A stretch of DNA of 64,000 nucleotides from a virus (lineage: Duplodnaviria; Caudoviricetes): positions 32,001-96,000 of the IMG/VR virus record IMGVR_UViG_3300028887_000079; one strand, written 5' to 3'. Position 1 is the stretch's first letter; every line of letters begins with the position of its first letter. Made by a program: the position numbers and the translations under genes. The notes below the pieces were generated by a model. The model was not told the origin of the DNA and made no database searches. It worked only from the letters and a program-made list of their open reading frames with translations. Positions 29,753-39,761 of the stretch are shown here, piece by piece.

Positions 29753-30891
29753 TTACTTCGCCTTGATCGTTTGGCTTGCGATGATCGCGCTCACACCGGG
29801 GCTAGCACGATGAGAACCGGTCATACCACGATGAAGGTTGTCCAAAAGCGATTCAAAGGCATCCGGAGAAGTTGCCTTCTTAGGATCACCCTTCGGGGCG
29901 GGAGTGCCAAGAGCTTCAATCACGGCGCGAGCCTTGCGGGCACCGAAGCGAAGAGTCATCAGGGCTTCAGCCTTGTCGTTGCCGTAAGCGTCACGGACGG
30001 AAGCAACCGCCTGAGCGAACTTTTCATCGGACATCGCAAGGGCAAGGCCATCAGCGCTCTTCATGAACGAAAGGCGGCGAGCCATATTGGCGTCCGGGGT
30101 AGCGGCTTCAATGTCGCCAACCCAAGAGTCAACGTCCTTCGGTTCCGGCTTGTCAGCATCATCAAGAACGCCAACCACAGCCTTGTCGATGAACTGGAGC
30201 AATTCTTCCACGCCGAAGATTTCGGACGGAAGGACCACCACCACGCAGTCGCCATCATCGCAAGTTTCGAAACCGGAGCCGTAGTAGTCATCACCGCCAG
30301 GGATCGATTCGCAAATCTTGGAAAGGGTTTCGCTCTTGGCGCCCTTAATGCGAATAGTGCGATCTTCGCGCTTGATGGTGCAACCGGTGCCGGTAAGCGC
30401 CGTCATTGCTTCTTCAATGCGGGCATCGATCAGGTCTTCAGCCTTGCGGAAGTTAGAGCCGGTGGTCTTGTTCAGGTTGGCAACATACTTGTCGGGGTCT
30501 TCAACTTCAACAGCCTTGCCATCCTTGTTGACCATATACTTTTTTCCGTCCTTTTCGATGGAGGCCACAGTGTTGTTGCCATCCTTGTAAACGGATTCGC
30601 TTTTCTGTGCGCTAGCCGGAGCGGCATCACGGGCGCCAGTAAAGTCAATGGTAACACGTAAGATTCATCCGCCCTGGAAGTGGAGGAAACCTTCACGCCG
30701 CAACCGATGGCTTCTTCCAAGCGGGTGCAAATCGCCATAGCATCGCGGGCGCTGGTAGCGTGTTCTGTTACGGCCACATGCCCACGGACGAAGTCCTGCT
30801 CATACAGCCAGTTGTCGGGGTTTTGCGTGGGCCTTCCAAATACGGTGGAGATGCCTTCGCAGATTTTTTGACTCAATTCGATACGGGTCAT
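29753..30891 (-). CDS. hypothetical (probably structural) protein, apparently frameshifted at ~30664
   Basis: ORFs 30472-30891 and 29753-30568 join if one A is added (GATGAA[A]TCTTACGT = DEILR). Confidence 0.55.
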
Positions 30892-30969
30892 GATGATCTC
30901 CTAATGTCTAATGGAAATATAAGAAAAAATCCCCAAGGAGAACACCTCGGGGTTTTGTAAAAACGAGGC

Positions 30970-31686
30970 CTACGCTTCAGCGGGCGCCGGAGGAAGTTGG
31001 TCATCCTCGCCGCCCACGGGGTTCGGCGTTGCGTCAGGTGAAGTGGGCTCTTCATTGTAGATGGCGGACACTTCCGAACTCAAGGAGTCCGAGGGTGCGC
31101 CAGCTTCTTCTTCCGAGCCGCCTTCTTCGCCGCCGGCGAGTTCCTTGATGGCATCGCCGAGCATCGAAATCGCCTTCATCGTATCTTCGTTCTTTTGGTA
31201 GGACATCGACTTGCCCATCGAATAGAGCGAGATGGAAGCCTTTTCAACACAAGACTGCATTGTGGCGATTGCGTTGTTGAGGGCGAGAATGTCGCCTTCG
31301 CAATCTTCCACCATAACAGAGTTGGTGTCGTAAAGCGCCTTCACGGCTGCATTTGCCTTGTTAGCAAATGCTTCCAGGGACTTCTTCAGGCACATTGCCG
31401 GGGCAGGGGCAGCACCTAAAGTGGATGCGCTTTCCTTGGACGGCTTGGGATCCTTCGGAAGAGGCGGATTTTCCGGAGTGCGGACTTCCATAGCGGAGTA
31501 GAGTTCTTTGTTTTCCTTTGCTGCGGCGCCGAGTTCGGCAGCTTCTTCTTCGGAGATGAAGTTGTCTTGGACAAGGCTTGCGGCCCAATCGTAGACGTCT
31601 TCCAGCTTAGGCTTATCGGTTCTACCGCTGATGGCGAACCAAGTGGGGAAATCGGCAAAGTAGTGCCTGATTGCGTTTTCGGTCAT
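30970..31686 (-). CDS. acidic prohead core-like protein
   Basis: very acidic, helical, in the head cluster; GGAGG RBS. Confidence 0.45.
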   Translation of the reverse strand: MTENAIRHYFADFPTWFAISGRTDKPKLEDVYDWAASLVQDNFISEEEAAELGAAAKENKELYSAMEVRTPENPPLPKDPKPSKESASTLGAAPAPAMCLKKSLEAFANKANAAVKALYDTNSVMVEDCEGDILALNNAIATMQSCVEKASISLYSMGKSMSYQKNEDTMKAISMLGDAIKELAGGEEGGSEEEAGAPSDSLSSEVSAIYNEEPTSPDATPNPVGGEDDQLPPAPAEA

Positions 31687-31701
31687 TTTGGTTTTCCTCC
31701 A

Positions 31702-32628
31702 TTAGTCTTCGGCCGCATCAAGCACGGTCATAAGGGAATTGACTTCGTCATCGGCTTCATTGACGAGGCCGAGAACGTTGCTGACAAAACCACGGATCTT
31801 GTCGGCGATGTTAGTGAACCAATCCGCCAGCTTGGAGAAGATGCCTTCGCGGAGCTTGGCTTCGCCGAGGGTATCCGGAAGCGGGATTGCCTTGAGATCT
31901 TCAGGATCAGCAGCGGCAACGGTGGTCTTCACAGTTTGCTTGATCGTTTCAGCATCCTTCTGTGCCTCATCGAACATATCCTTCATTTCGAGGAGGATGG
32001 CGTTGAGGTCGGAGCTGACGATCGCATCGGCTGCCTTGACAGCGTCAATAGCCTTTTCCAGCTGAGGGCGCATCTTCACAATGAATTCGGCAACAGCCTT
32101 GCTCTTCTGAGAATTGGTGATGGTGGTTGCGGAGTAGAGGCCGGTAGTGACATCGTCACCGGTAAGGCCATACTTTTCCATTTCCGCCTTGGAAACTTCG
32201 ATGTTGTGAATGCCATCTTCAAGCACGCGCTTCGCATTGGAAGCATACTTGGAAGTAAGCGTGTTCACCATACCGTTGAGCTTCTCGTCATAGATTGCCT
32301 TACGGACAAGGAACACAGCGCTGCGGGCGCCCTTAAAGATGCTTTCCTTGTCGGCGTCAGCCTTGGCAAGGGGGCTGTGGATGCGGTTGAGCGAAGCACG
32401 CATATCGGCAGGCTCAATCTCCATTTCCTTCGCGAGTGCTTCTTTGGCATCCGCGATCTTCTGTGCAAGGTCTTCGGATACTTCGGCGGACGCGAGGGCT
32501 TCTTCGCAGCGGGCGATAAATGCCTTGTCGTCATCGAGATAGTAACCGAAATTGGTCATCTTCGCAAGGGATCCCTTGCGCTTCACGGTGCCGGTAGAAC
32601 GGGCGCCTGCTTCATTGTGTGGATTCAT
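31702..32628 (-). CDS. helical coiled-coil protein (head cluster)
   Basis: AGGAG RBS, high-expression codons. Confidence 0.6.
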   Translation of the reverse strand: MNPHNEAGARSTGTVKRKGSLAKMTNFGYYLDDDKAFIARCEEALASAEVSEDLAQKIADAKEALAKEMEIEPADMRASLNRIHSPLAKADADKESIFKGARSAVFLVRKAIYDEKLNGMVNTLTSKYASNAKRVLEDGIHNIEVSKAEMEKYGLTGDDVTTGLYSATTITNSQKSKAVAEFIVKMRPQLEKAIDAVKAADAIVSSDLNAILLEMKDMFDEAQKDAETIKQTVKTTVAAADPEDLKAIPLPDTLGEAKLREGIFSKLADWFTNIADKIRGFVSNVLGLVNEADDEVNSLMTVLDAAED

Positions 32629-32694
32629 GATTTATCTCCTATAGGGTTTCTTCAATGAAAAATAATAACATTGTATCGGGAAGGGCACATACCT

Positions 32695-32787
32695 TGCGCA
32701 TAAACGCTTGTTTTAAGGCGTTAAATAGAAAAGGCGCCCAAATACTCGCGGAGAGAATTTGAGCGCCGTAGACGCGCAGTATGCGCA
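32695..32787. repeat. ~93-bp quasi-palindromic element, copy 3
   Basis: TGCGCATAAACGCTTGTTTTAAGGCG...GTATGCGCA. Confidence 0.7.
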
Positions 32788-32792
32788 GTTAT

Positions 32793-32999
32793 TTAGATGT
32801 CCCACGGACCATCGGAGATATCATCCGGATAGGTGTGAGCATACGCGCACGATGCGGGTTCAAGCCTGCCGAGAATAGCGTTAAGGTTAGTCTCGCCTTC
32901 TTGAACGATGGTGTCGGCAATGCGGTGGACAACTTCGGTGAGCGGCACGCGGCCGGTCATCTCGTTGTGGACCTTGTCGATCAGCTCTTTTTGTGTCAT
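32793..32999 (-). CDS. hypothetical protein
   Basis: AAGGAG RBS, CCGTATATT promoter upstream. Confidence 0.6.
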   Translation of the reverse strand: MTQKELIDKVHNEMTGRVPLTEVVHRIADTIVQEGETNLNAILGRLEPASCAYAHTYPDDISDGPWDI

Positions 33000-33097
33000 G
33001 TTTTCTCCTTTGCTAGAATATGACCTTCAAATATACGGAATACAAAAAAGGCCCCCGCCGCAGCGGGGAACCTTCTCGTCAAGGAAAGAAACCTTGA

Positions 33098-34795
33098 TTA
33101 GCCCTGAGAGCCAGCGGAGCTGTTGCCACCCACCGCGTTGGTGAGAGCGACAACTGCGTCCGGAGTGACCACCGGAGCCTTGGTCAGGACGATGCGAACC
33201 ACGAACTGCGGGACGACCGTTTCGATGGCCTTCCAAGTTGCGATAGCACGCATGTTCTGGAACGGGTTGTTGGCAACCTTGAGGGTGTCCGTGAGGAACG
33301 CCGGCATGTAAGTTGCGTCAACCACGGCAGCTTCATACGGGCTGTTCGGGTTGAGGTAGCAACCGAGGATTTCGTTCGGAGCCACAACAGTGTTCGAACG
33401 GATCACAGTGATGCCTTCGTTTTCGAGGGTTCCGAACACATGCGGGCCAATGCCGTTCTGTGCAGGAGCCTGACGGAAGCCGTCAAGAGCAGCGATGTAT
33501 TCACATGCTGCGTAGCCAGCCACGATCTTGTTGATGCGGCCGCGACCGGTGCGGGTGCCGATGAGCGAAGAGCCAGCGTTGATCGTGAAGAGCAAGCTCT
33601 TACGATGCTGGGCTTCAGCGATACCGACCGGGCAGTTGACGCTCCAAGTGAGCGGCTTGCCGTTTGCATTGGCAGCCTTCTTGAGGGCGCCGATGACCTT
33701 TTCGGATTCGGCCATAGCGAGGTGGCCGGAAAGGTCGGCAACCATATCGTCTTCAGCGGACTTGCCGAAGCGCTTTTGGAACTGGTAGGACTTGAAGTCG
33801 CCCTGGAGTTCCTTCACACCGAAGATGTGAGCGGTCACGAAGGTGGACGTGGTGGCGGATTCGATGGTCGGAACATCCGGAGCCTTTTCGAAGTCCACAT
33901 CATAAGCGACAGCGCCGCCGATGATTTCCTTGCCCTTGATCTTGCCATCGAAAATGAGGACGAGATCGTTGCCCTGCGGGACGACTTCAGTGTTGATGCC
34001 GTTGCCGTAGAAGGCGGGGAGCTGACCCGGACCATCGCAGACACCCTTCAGGTCCACGAAGTCGCCGTCTTCGTTCACGAGGCGGACATCCATCGGAACG
34101 TTCCAGCGGGTGTTGCCAATGACGTTGGCGAGCGTGACAGTGCCGTCAACCACCTTGGCGAACTGGCGTTCACTCATGTAGGCGGTCGGAGAGGACACCC
34201 AACCCTTCAAGGCACTGAAGGTAATGGCGTCAAAGTTCTTGGCGGAAATGTCTTCGGACGGGAGCTTACCGGCAGAAGAAGCACCTTCGGAACCCGTGGG
34301 GGCGCCGCGATGATCGTGCCAAGTTTTCCACATGCCGTTGAACTTGGAGCCCGGTTCGTTGCCATCTTCGTCCATCCAGCCATCGTTCGGAAGAGCGCGA
34401 AGGCCTTCGGTAGCGGTGAACGGATAGCCGTGCGTGAACACCTTCTTGAAGTAGATGATGCCCTGGCATTCATCGATGTTCTGCATCGAGGCGAGCTGCG
34501 GTGCAACAGTGAGGCCGTAGGTTGCGCTGATCAGGTCCACGGCAATGCTGGGAAGCTTGCCAAGGGAAGCAGCGGAAGAGCCGCCGGACACGAGATCAGA
34601 TTCGTAACGCTTGTAGGCATCGAGGTTGGAGCCGAGAACAAAACGAGCGTTGTCATCAAGGCCACCCTTGTAGGAATTGGACTTGGCGAGGGCTTCGAAC
34701 TGTTCGGCATAACGGCGGTCGAAAGATTCAAGCTGGCGAGCGTGCTTGGCAGCGAGAACATTATCGTCCATCTTTTCGGTAGTAGGCTGTGCCAT
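33098..34795 (-). CDS. major capsid protein (T4 gp23-like)
   Basis: SMQNI....GIIYF, TGRGRINKIV, YEAAVVDATYMP motifs; strongest codon bias; terminator downstream. Confidence 0.85.
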   Translation of the reverse strand: MAQPTTEKMDDNVLAAKHARQLESFDRRYAEQFEALAKSNSYKGGLDDNARFVLGSNLDAYKRYESDLVSGGSSAASLGKLPSIAVDLISATYGLTVAPQLASMQNIDECQGIIYFKKVFTHGYPFTATEGLRALPNDGWMDEDGNEPGSKFNGMWKTWHDHRGAPTGSEGASSAGKLPSEDISAKNFDAITFSALKGWVSSPTAYMSERQFAKVVDGTVTLANVIGNTRWNVPMDVRLVNEDGDFVDLKGVCDGPGQLPAFYGNGINTEVVPQGNDLVLIFDGKIKGKEIIGGAVAYDVDFEKAPDVPTIESATTSTFVTAHIFGVKELQGDFKSYQFQKRFGKSAEDDMVADLSGHLAMAESEKVIGALKKAANANGKPLTWSVNCPVGIAEAQHRKSLLFTINAGSSLIGTRTGRGRINKIVAGYAACEYIAALDGFRQAPAQNGIGPHVFGTLENEGITVIRSNTVVAPNEILGCYLNPNSPYEAAVVDATYMPAFLTDTLKVANNPFQNMRAIATWKAIETVVPQFVVRIVLTKAPVVTPDAVVALTNAVGGNSSAGSQG

Positions 34796-34824
34796 AAGAG
34801 TTGTCTCCTTGTAGTGAAAATTGT

Positions 34825-35277
34825 TTAGCGCTGGAGGCGGGCCTTGATTGCGTTGCGTGCTTCTTCAACAGCAGCTTCTTTCTTCTTGGCTTCTTCAGCT
34901 TCCGGGTCGCCGGCAGCCGGTTCTTCACCTTCGCCAACGGTAACAGACGCGAGGACTTCTTCTTCTTCGAGGTTGTCCTTTTCAGCAGTTGCAACAGCAA
35001 CAGTGATGCCGCCATCCTTCGGATCTTCGCCAACCACGACCTGGATGTTTGCTTCCTTGTCGGTAAACATCACAGTGGCGGTGTCGGCATCGAGATTGAT
35101 GTCAGCTACTTCTTCACCATCGCCTTCGCCTTCACGCTTCTTGGCCTTCTTGGCAGCAACAAGCGCTTCGGCAGCCTTGCGGGCAGCACGGCGGGCTTTG
35201 AGCTTGGCGACCACAGATTCGTTCTGCTTCGCTTCGTTCTTCTTGCCGCTGAACTGCTTAATAATTTTGATACTCAT
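34825..35277 (-). CDS. prohead scaffold/core protein
   Basis: acidic, located between protease and MCP. Confidence 0.55.
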   Translation of the reverse strand: MSIKIIKQFSGKKNEAKQNESVVAKLKARRAARKAAEALVAAKKAKKREGEGDGEEVADINLDADTATVMFTDKEANIQVVVGEDPKDGGITVAVATAEKDNLEEEEVLASVTVGEGEEPAAGDPEAEEAKKKEAAVEEARNAIKARLQR

Positions 35278-35347
35278 AAGTTTTTGTCTCCTTAAAGAGG
35301 TGGTTAACAGTAATATAACTCATTTTGATAACGTGGGCAACACCCCG

Positions 35348-36364
35348 TTAGCTCAAAATCCGCTCAAGACGAGATTTTGTCCGCTTCGGCTGGAATCCAT
35401 TTGCTTCGGCAATCTTGAATTCAGGCGTGTGGACAATGTGTTCTTTCGCGATCATGTCAAAGGTGGCGCCTTCATCCAAACGGCGGCGGACATAAGATTC
35501 ATCCAGTCCGTTTTCATTTGCAAAGCGGGCAATCTTCAAATCTTGGACAAGTTCGGAGTGGTCCTCATTCTTGAAAGCCTTGATGATGGACTTCTCAAGG
35601 GCCGGAATGGCGAACTCGAAGTCCTCAAATGTGTAGGACTCACAAATATGAGTGTCCGCCGTTTCCATCTTGGCGCCGGACTTGTCCATCGATTCAACCA
35701 TATAATCGCGGCCATCAAGGAACAACGGAGCCTTCAATGCTTGGGCAATGCGGAGCAGGGATTCAACAGCGAGCATCTTGCCGCCATCCTTATTCAAGGA
35801 TTCGGACACAAGGGAAGGCTGTGCTTCAAGGAATCCGGGGTCTTGGACGAAATCAAAGCGTTCAAGGCAATAGGTGTCCGGATCCATAATATCATCGCCG
35901 CTTTCGGTTTTTCCCTTATAATCACCAGTGGCGCGGGAGCTCACAAACAAAACAATACCCGCACGAAGGCAGGTAAGCAGGTTGCGCCCCATCGGGGTAT
36001 CAATGATAACGGATTCGGCTTCGCCGGTTTCCCAATTGATGTTGCGGGTGAAATGCGAGAACTTTCCTTCGCCGATGTCTTCGTCCGTAATTTCAGGTTC
36101 GTGGCCAACGCGGCCCACCACTGCATTGCGCTTGAGGCGTGCCATAAAGTTTTCATCATTCTTCACGCCGGTCCAAAGTTCAGGCGGATACCAACGGTGA
36201 TTGCGGGAGGTGCCGCCGGGACAGAAATGCTTGCCCTTCACAATGGCAAGGATGGCGCCACGGCTGTTGTTGACCTCGTCCTTAAACGCTTCGGAAATCT
36301 TAGCGCGATCTTCAATAAGGGTGTAACCTTCAAATGCGATCTCGTCAATAATTTTGCGTTTCAT
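35348..36364 (-). CDS. prohead core protease (T4 gp21-like)
   Basis: RNHRWYP, GHEP, SH, DTPMG, VSSRATG, FDFVQDPG. Confidence 0.9.
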   Translation of the reverse strand: MKRKIIDEIAFEGYTLIEDRAKISEAFKDEVNNSRGAILAIVKGKHFCPGGTSRNHRWYPPELWTGVKNDENFMARLKRNAVVGRVGHEPEITDEDIGEGKFSHFTRNINWETGEAESVIIDTPMGRNLLTCLRAGIVLFVSSRATGDYKGKTESGDDIMDPDTYCLERFDFVQDPGFLEAQPSLVSESLNKDGGKMLAVESLLRIAQALKAPLFLDGRDYMVESMDKSGAKMETADTHICESYTFEDFEFAIPALEKSIIKAFKNEDHSELVQDLKIARFANENGLDESYVRRRLDEGATFDMIAKEHIVHTPEFKIAEANGFQPKRTKSRLERILS

Positions 36365-36445
36365 ATGTTTGGAACCTCTTTTAATAGTGAATATATGAAA
36401 AAAGAGGGGCGATGACAACCCCTCCTTTTCCCATTCAGGACTTTT

Positions 36446-37135
36446 TTAGTTCGACACATTCTTGTCCATCAAGGCGAATGCTTCGGCGCGTGCAGCGTCA
36501 TTCTCCGTGAAGATGCCACGCACACAGCTGGTAGTCGTCTTGGAAGTCTGTTCGGAAGCGCCTCGCATAGAGACACAGGAATGGATCCCGCTAATGCGAA
36601 CAGCAACGGCAACGGCGCCGAGCTTTTCCATAATGGCGTCCGCGATGTTTGCCTGCCAGCCCTCCTGAAGATTCAGGCGGCGGCCATACATCTTGACCAT
36701 ACGGACAATCTTAGAAAGTCCGACCACCTTGTCCTTCGGGATGTAAGCAACATCCACGCGGCAATGCATTGCGGCAAGATGATGGACGCAGTTGGACCAC
36801 GCATCGGTCGAAACAACCACAATTCCCTGCTCGTAAAGGGACGGGGTGGCTTTGGCATCAAAGTGGCGGTTTTCCGCATCGTCAGCCATATTCGGGCTGT
36901 TCACGGGGAACATCTTGTTCAAGAAGTCCGCAGGGTTAGTGCGATAACCTTCAGTCATTTCGGTCCACATCTTGCAAACGCGATGCGGAGTTTCTTTAAG
37001 GTTATCATCCAGTTCTTCATTCTCGGAGATGCCAAGCATCTTGCGAATGAGATGTTCTACCATCTTTTCGTCTTCGGCGTTAAAGATGTTTTTGGTGACG
37101 GACACCTGTTCGGTGATTTCATATTTGCGTTTCAA
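36446..37135 (-). CDS. folE: GTP cyclohydrolase I
   Basis: ETPHRV, CVHHL, VGLSKIVR, RLNLQE, HSCVSMRG; TTG start after AGGAG. Confidence 0.9.
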   Translation of the reverse strand: MKRKYEITEQVSVTKNIFNAEDEKMVEHLIRKMLGISENEELDDNLKETPHRVCKMWTEMTEGYRTNPADFLNKMFPVNSPNMADDAENRHFDAKATPSLYEQGIVVVSTDAWSNCVHHLAAMHCRVDVAYIPKDKVVGLSKIVRMVKMYGRRLNLQEGWQANIADAIMEKLGAVAVAVRISGIHSCVSMRGASEQTSKTTTSCVRGIFTENDAARAEAFALMDKNVSN

Positions 37136-37222
37136 AGGGAGTCTCCTATTGTAAGTATACAAATATACGAAAAGCGGCCCCTCCCGAAGGAGGAGCCGGC
37201 TCCATTTGAGTGATAGGAACTC

Positions 37223-38029
37223 TTACTTAGGCTTGACCGGCGAACTATTCCATTCATTCGAGTCAAATACCACGCTGTCCCTGGAAGGCGCCACAACCAT
37301 CCAAAGAGAGGAGGACTCCTGATAACGGGACTGAGCAGGATCATGCGAAGGCCATTGCGTATACAAGGACTTCAGCCCCGGAACAATGGAAGCATCCACC
37401 GTGCCGTAATCGGACCCTACGCGCTGGCACACCGGCTTTCCGGTCTTTTGGGCGCGTTCAACCATTGCGGCGTAAATCTGTTTAAGATCGCCAATCTTAC
37501 GGGACAAAAGAGTTTCATTGTCGTCCTCGTAAGTGCCAAGCGCCTTCGAGAGATTCTTGCGGTCAATCCAAGAACATTCGCGACCACCTGAATAATCCTT
37601 CGCATCCAAGATGAGCGTTGCGAGGAAGCAATCGTCAAACGGAATGAAAGTTCCAGTCGGAGTTTCGGCAGCCTTCGGGGCATCGGAATAGGGCGCATCT
37701 GTCTTGGTATCGCGCTTCACGCCTTTGAGATCATAATAATACGGGCGACCCAAATCCTTGCACGCGGAAACATAAAGGCGGTGAAGTTCCGGGGAGACGC
37801 TGTAGACGTAATACGGCTTACCGGGGACCTGTTCATAGCCAAGGCCATCCGTGTTGAGAAGCACATTGCGCAGGCCCATATAATGCGAATAGATGCCTTG
37901 AAGATCCTTGGCGTAAGCCTGGTTACCCGTGGCGGCGATGCGGCCGACAACTTCAAGGAGACCGGTCGGCTTACCGCCACGAATAAAGGTTGACGCCTCG
38001 TTTGTTTTGGAGACAAGATTGATTTTCAT
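37223..38029 (-). CDS. putative internal head protein
   Basis: MKINLVSKTNEASTFIRGGKPT; N-terminal paralog of 38433-39299. Confidence 0.5.
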   Translation of the reverse strand: MKINLVSKTNEASTFIRGGKPTGLLEVVGRIAATGNQAYAKDLQGIYSHYMGLRNVLLNTDGLGYEQVPGKPYYVYSVSPELHRLYVSACKDLGRPYYYDLKGVKRDTKTDAPYSDAPKAAETPTGTFIPFDDCFLATLILDAKDYSGGRECSWIDRKNLSKALGTYEDDNETLLSRKIGDLKQIYAAMVERAQKTGKPVCQRVGSDYGTVDASIVPGLKSLYTQWPSHDPAQSRYQESSSLWMVVAPSRDSVVFDSNEWNSSPVKPK

Positions 38030-38424
38030 TAGTCTTCTCCCAGCGCAATCAAAATGTTTGCGGCAGCGCTGTTGAAATGGCGTTCAAATCCAAGGGCACG
38101 TGAAGATTCACGGAGCTGGTCGGCCACTAAGGTCACCGACTTTCCGCCATCCTTGCTCGGGGATTGTAGCTCACCATTGATGAATGCGTGAATCGCCTTT
38201 TCGGCCGCATAGCGCAAGGCATCGGAAACGGTTTGCGAATTGAATGGGGCGCCTACCAATGCAGTGCCGGTGTCCCTTGCGGCGCCGTTCTTATCAATAA
38301 GAGTCACTTCAAGAAGGATGTCTTCCGGGCGCTGCTCGTAATAAGCGGAAAAGCCGGAGTTGATTTCAAGGGAGCCGGAGTTGCCTTCACGGACATTCTT
38401 TTCAACAAGCTTGATCTTTGCCAT
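38029..38424 (-). CDS. putative internal head protein
   Basis: MAKIKLVEKNVREG leader. Confidence 0.45.
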   Translation of the reverse strand: MAKIKLVEKNVREGNSGSLEINSGFSAYYEQRPEDILLEVTLIDKNGAARDTGTALVGAPFNSQTVSDALRYAAEKAIHAFINGELQSPSKDGGKSVTLVADQLRESSRALGFERHFNSAAANILIALGED

Positions 38425-38432
38425 AATGACCT

Positions 38433-39299
38433 CTATTTGTAATCCCAATCGGTGATACGCGGGTTGGCGGGGTAAGGTTCAACAAACTGGACCTCTTCAT
38501 CCGTCTCATACCCATCCTTATTCACAATCACGTATTCGCCATCGCGTTCGCCGGTCGGCTTGAGTTTCAAGCCGTTAAAGTATGCCTTGAATTCGTCCAT
38601 CGTGGCATCCTCTTTATAATCCGGATCCCAACCAAGGCGGCGAACATAATACTCGGTGGACCAAACAATCGGACTCCAGCCCCACCCCTGATCGATCTTG
38701 TGCGAGAAGGTGAGTTTGATTTTCTCGCAAGACGGGGCAGCATCACGCGGTTTCAGTCGGTTGATGTAGCGGGATGCCTTGTCCATAACATCCTGAGCGG
38801 CACGGTTGTAGCGAATGTCAATATCAAAATTACTCACGCGCTGCTTAATGCGATTGTAGAAGTCCACGTCCTTCGGGCCGTTATCCAATGCACGGCTCAG
38901 CGCATCGAAATACGCGAAGGTCGCACTGGTATTGGCGGTATCGGGGAACGGGGGCAAATCGTATTTGTCGGCGCTCTTCTTCGGAGCAGCCGGAGCGGGA
39001 GTTTCGCCAGCCGGGGTTCTACCCAATTCTTTGCAGGCGGCGATGTAATCCTTCTTCAAATCGTCCGTGACCGCCAACGCAGGGAAAGACCCGGAGGTGT
39101 CGCGGACGATGCCGGTAGCATTACGCAATGTCGAATAGAGGACCTGAGGACGGGTGAAGAACTGGTGAAGATCCTTCCCGCGGCACTTTCCGCCATTCTT
39201 AATGATGAAATCAACCACATCAAAAAGCTTGGTAGGGCGCCCGCCACGAATCAAGGCGGATGCTTCGCTCTTGCTTGACACTAAATGAATTTGCGGCAT
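38433..39299 (-). CDS. putative internal head protein
   Basis: MPQIHLVSSKSEASALIRGGRPT. Confidence 0.5.
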   Translation of the reverse strand: MPQIHLVSSKSEASALIRGGRPTKLFDVVDFIIKNGGKCRGKDLHQFFTRPQVLYSTLRNATGIVRDTSGSFPALAVTDDLKKDYIAACKELGRTPAGETPAPAAPKKSADKYDLPPFPDTANTSATFAYFDALSRALDNGPKDVDFYNRIKQRVSNFDIDIRYNRAAQDVMDKASRYINRLKPRDAAPSCEKIKLTFSHKIDQGWGWSPIVWSTEYYVRRLGWDPDYKEDATMDEFKAYFNGLKLKPTGERDGEYVIVNKDGYETDEEVQFVEPYPANPRITDWDYK

Positions 39300-39347
39300 A
39301 TAATTCTCGGATAAAAGTTTTCAATAATATACTCTTTTTCCGGAATA

Positions 39348-39761
39348 TCAGGCACCTGACAAATGCTCCAACAATAGGCGCTTCAAGCGTTCTACCGCTT
39401 CTTCCAGCGGGGGATCACCCCAAAAGCCAAACCCCTCCTTTGTATGAAGGGCGGATGCATCCCTTATCGGATAGACAAAATCCTTGAATGGGCGGGTGGA
39501 TGTGAAAAGCGCGTGAATGTCCCTGTCGGACACTTTCTTTGGCGCCGGGAAGAAGGCCAAGAAGGGCCACAATAAACCCTTGGCGCCTGAATGCGAAACT
39601 AGGTCGCCGGTATCGGGGACAACCATTCCCTTGCCGGGCGAATACATGTGCTGGCGATGGACAAGATCCGTGGTCTCGCCGACAATTATTGCCTTGCGAT
39701 AATACTTGGTTCCGAGCAGGTTGTCGCCTGCAAAGTAGATGTATTTTTGCTTGTCCGCCAT
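39348..39761 (-). CDS. hypothetical protein, possible GIY-YIG/T5orf172-like nuclease fold
   Basis: YIYF...VGETTDL..R pattern. Confidence 0.35.
   Translation of the reverse strand: MADKQKYIYFAGDNLLGTKYYRKAIIVGETTDLVHRQHMYSPGKGMVVPDTGDLVSHSGAKGLLWPFLAFFPAPKKVSDRDIHALFTSTRPFKDFVYPIRDASALHTKEGFGFWGDPPLEEAVERLKRLLLEHLSGA

Noticed and set aside
27746-30661. 971-aa plus-strand ORF, and similar long ORFs at 23700, 33440, 34844 and 61275
   Set aside because: Antisense shadows of strongly codon-biased genes (sheath, tape measure, capsid, ligase); no RBS or recognisable motifs
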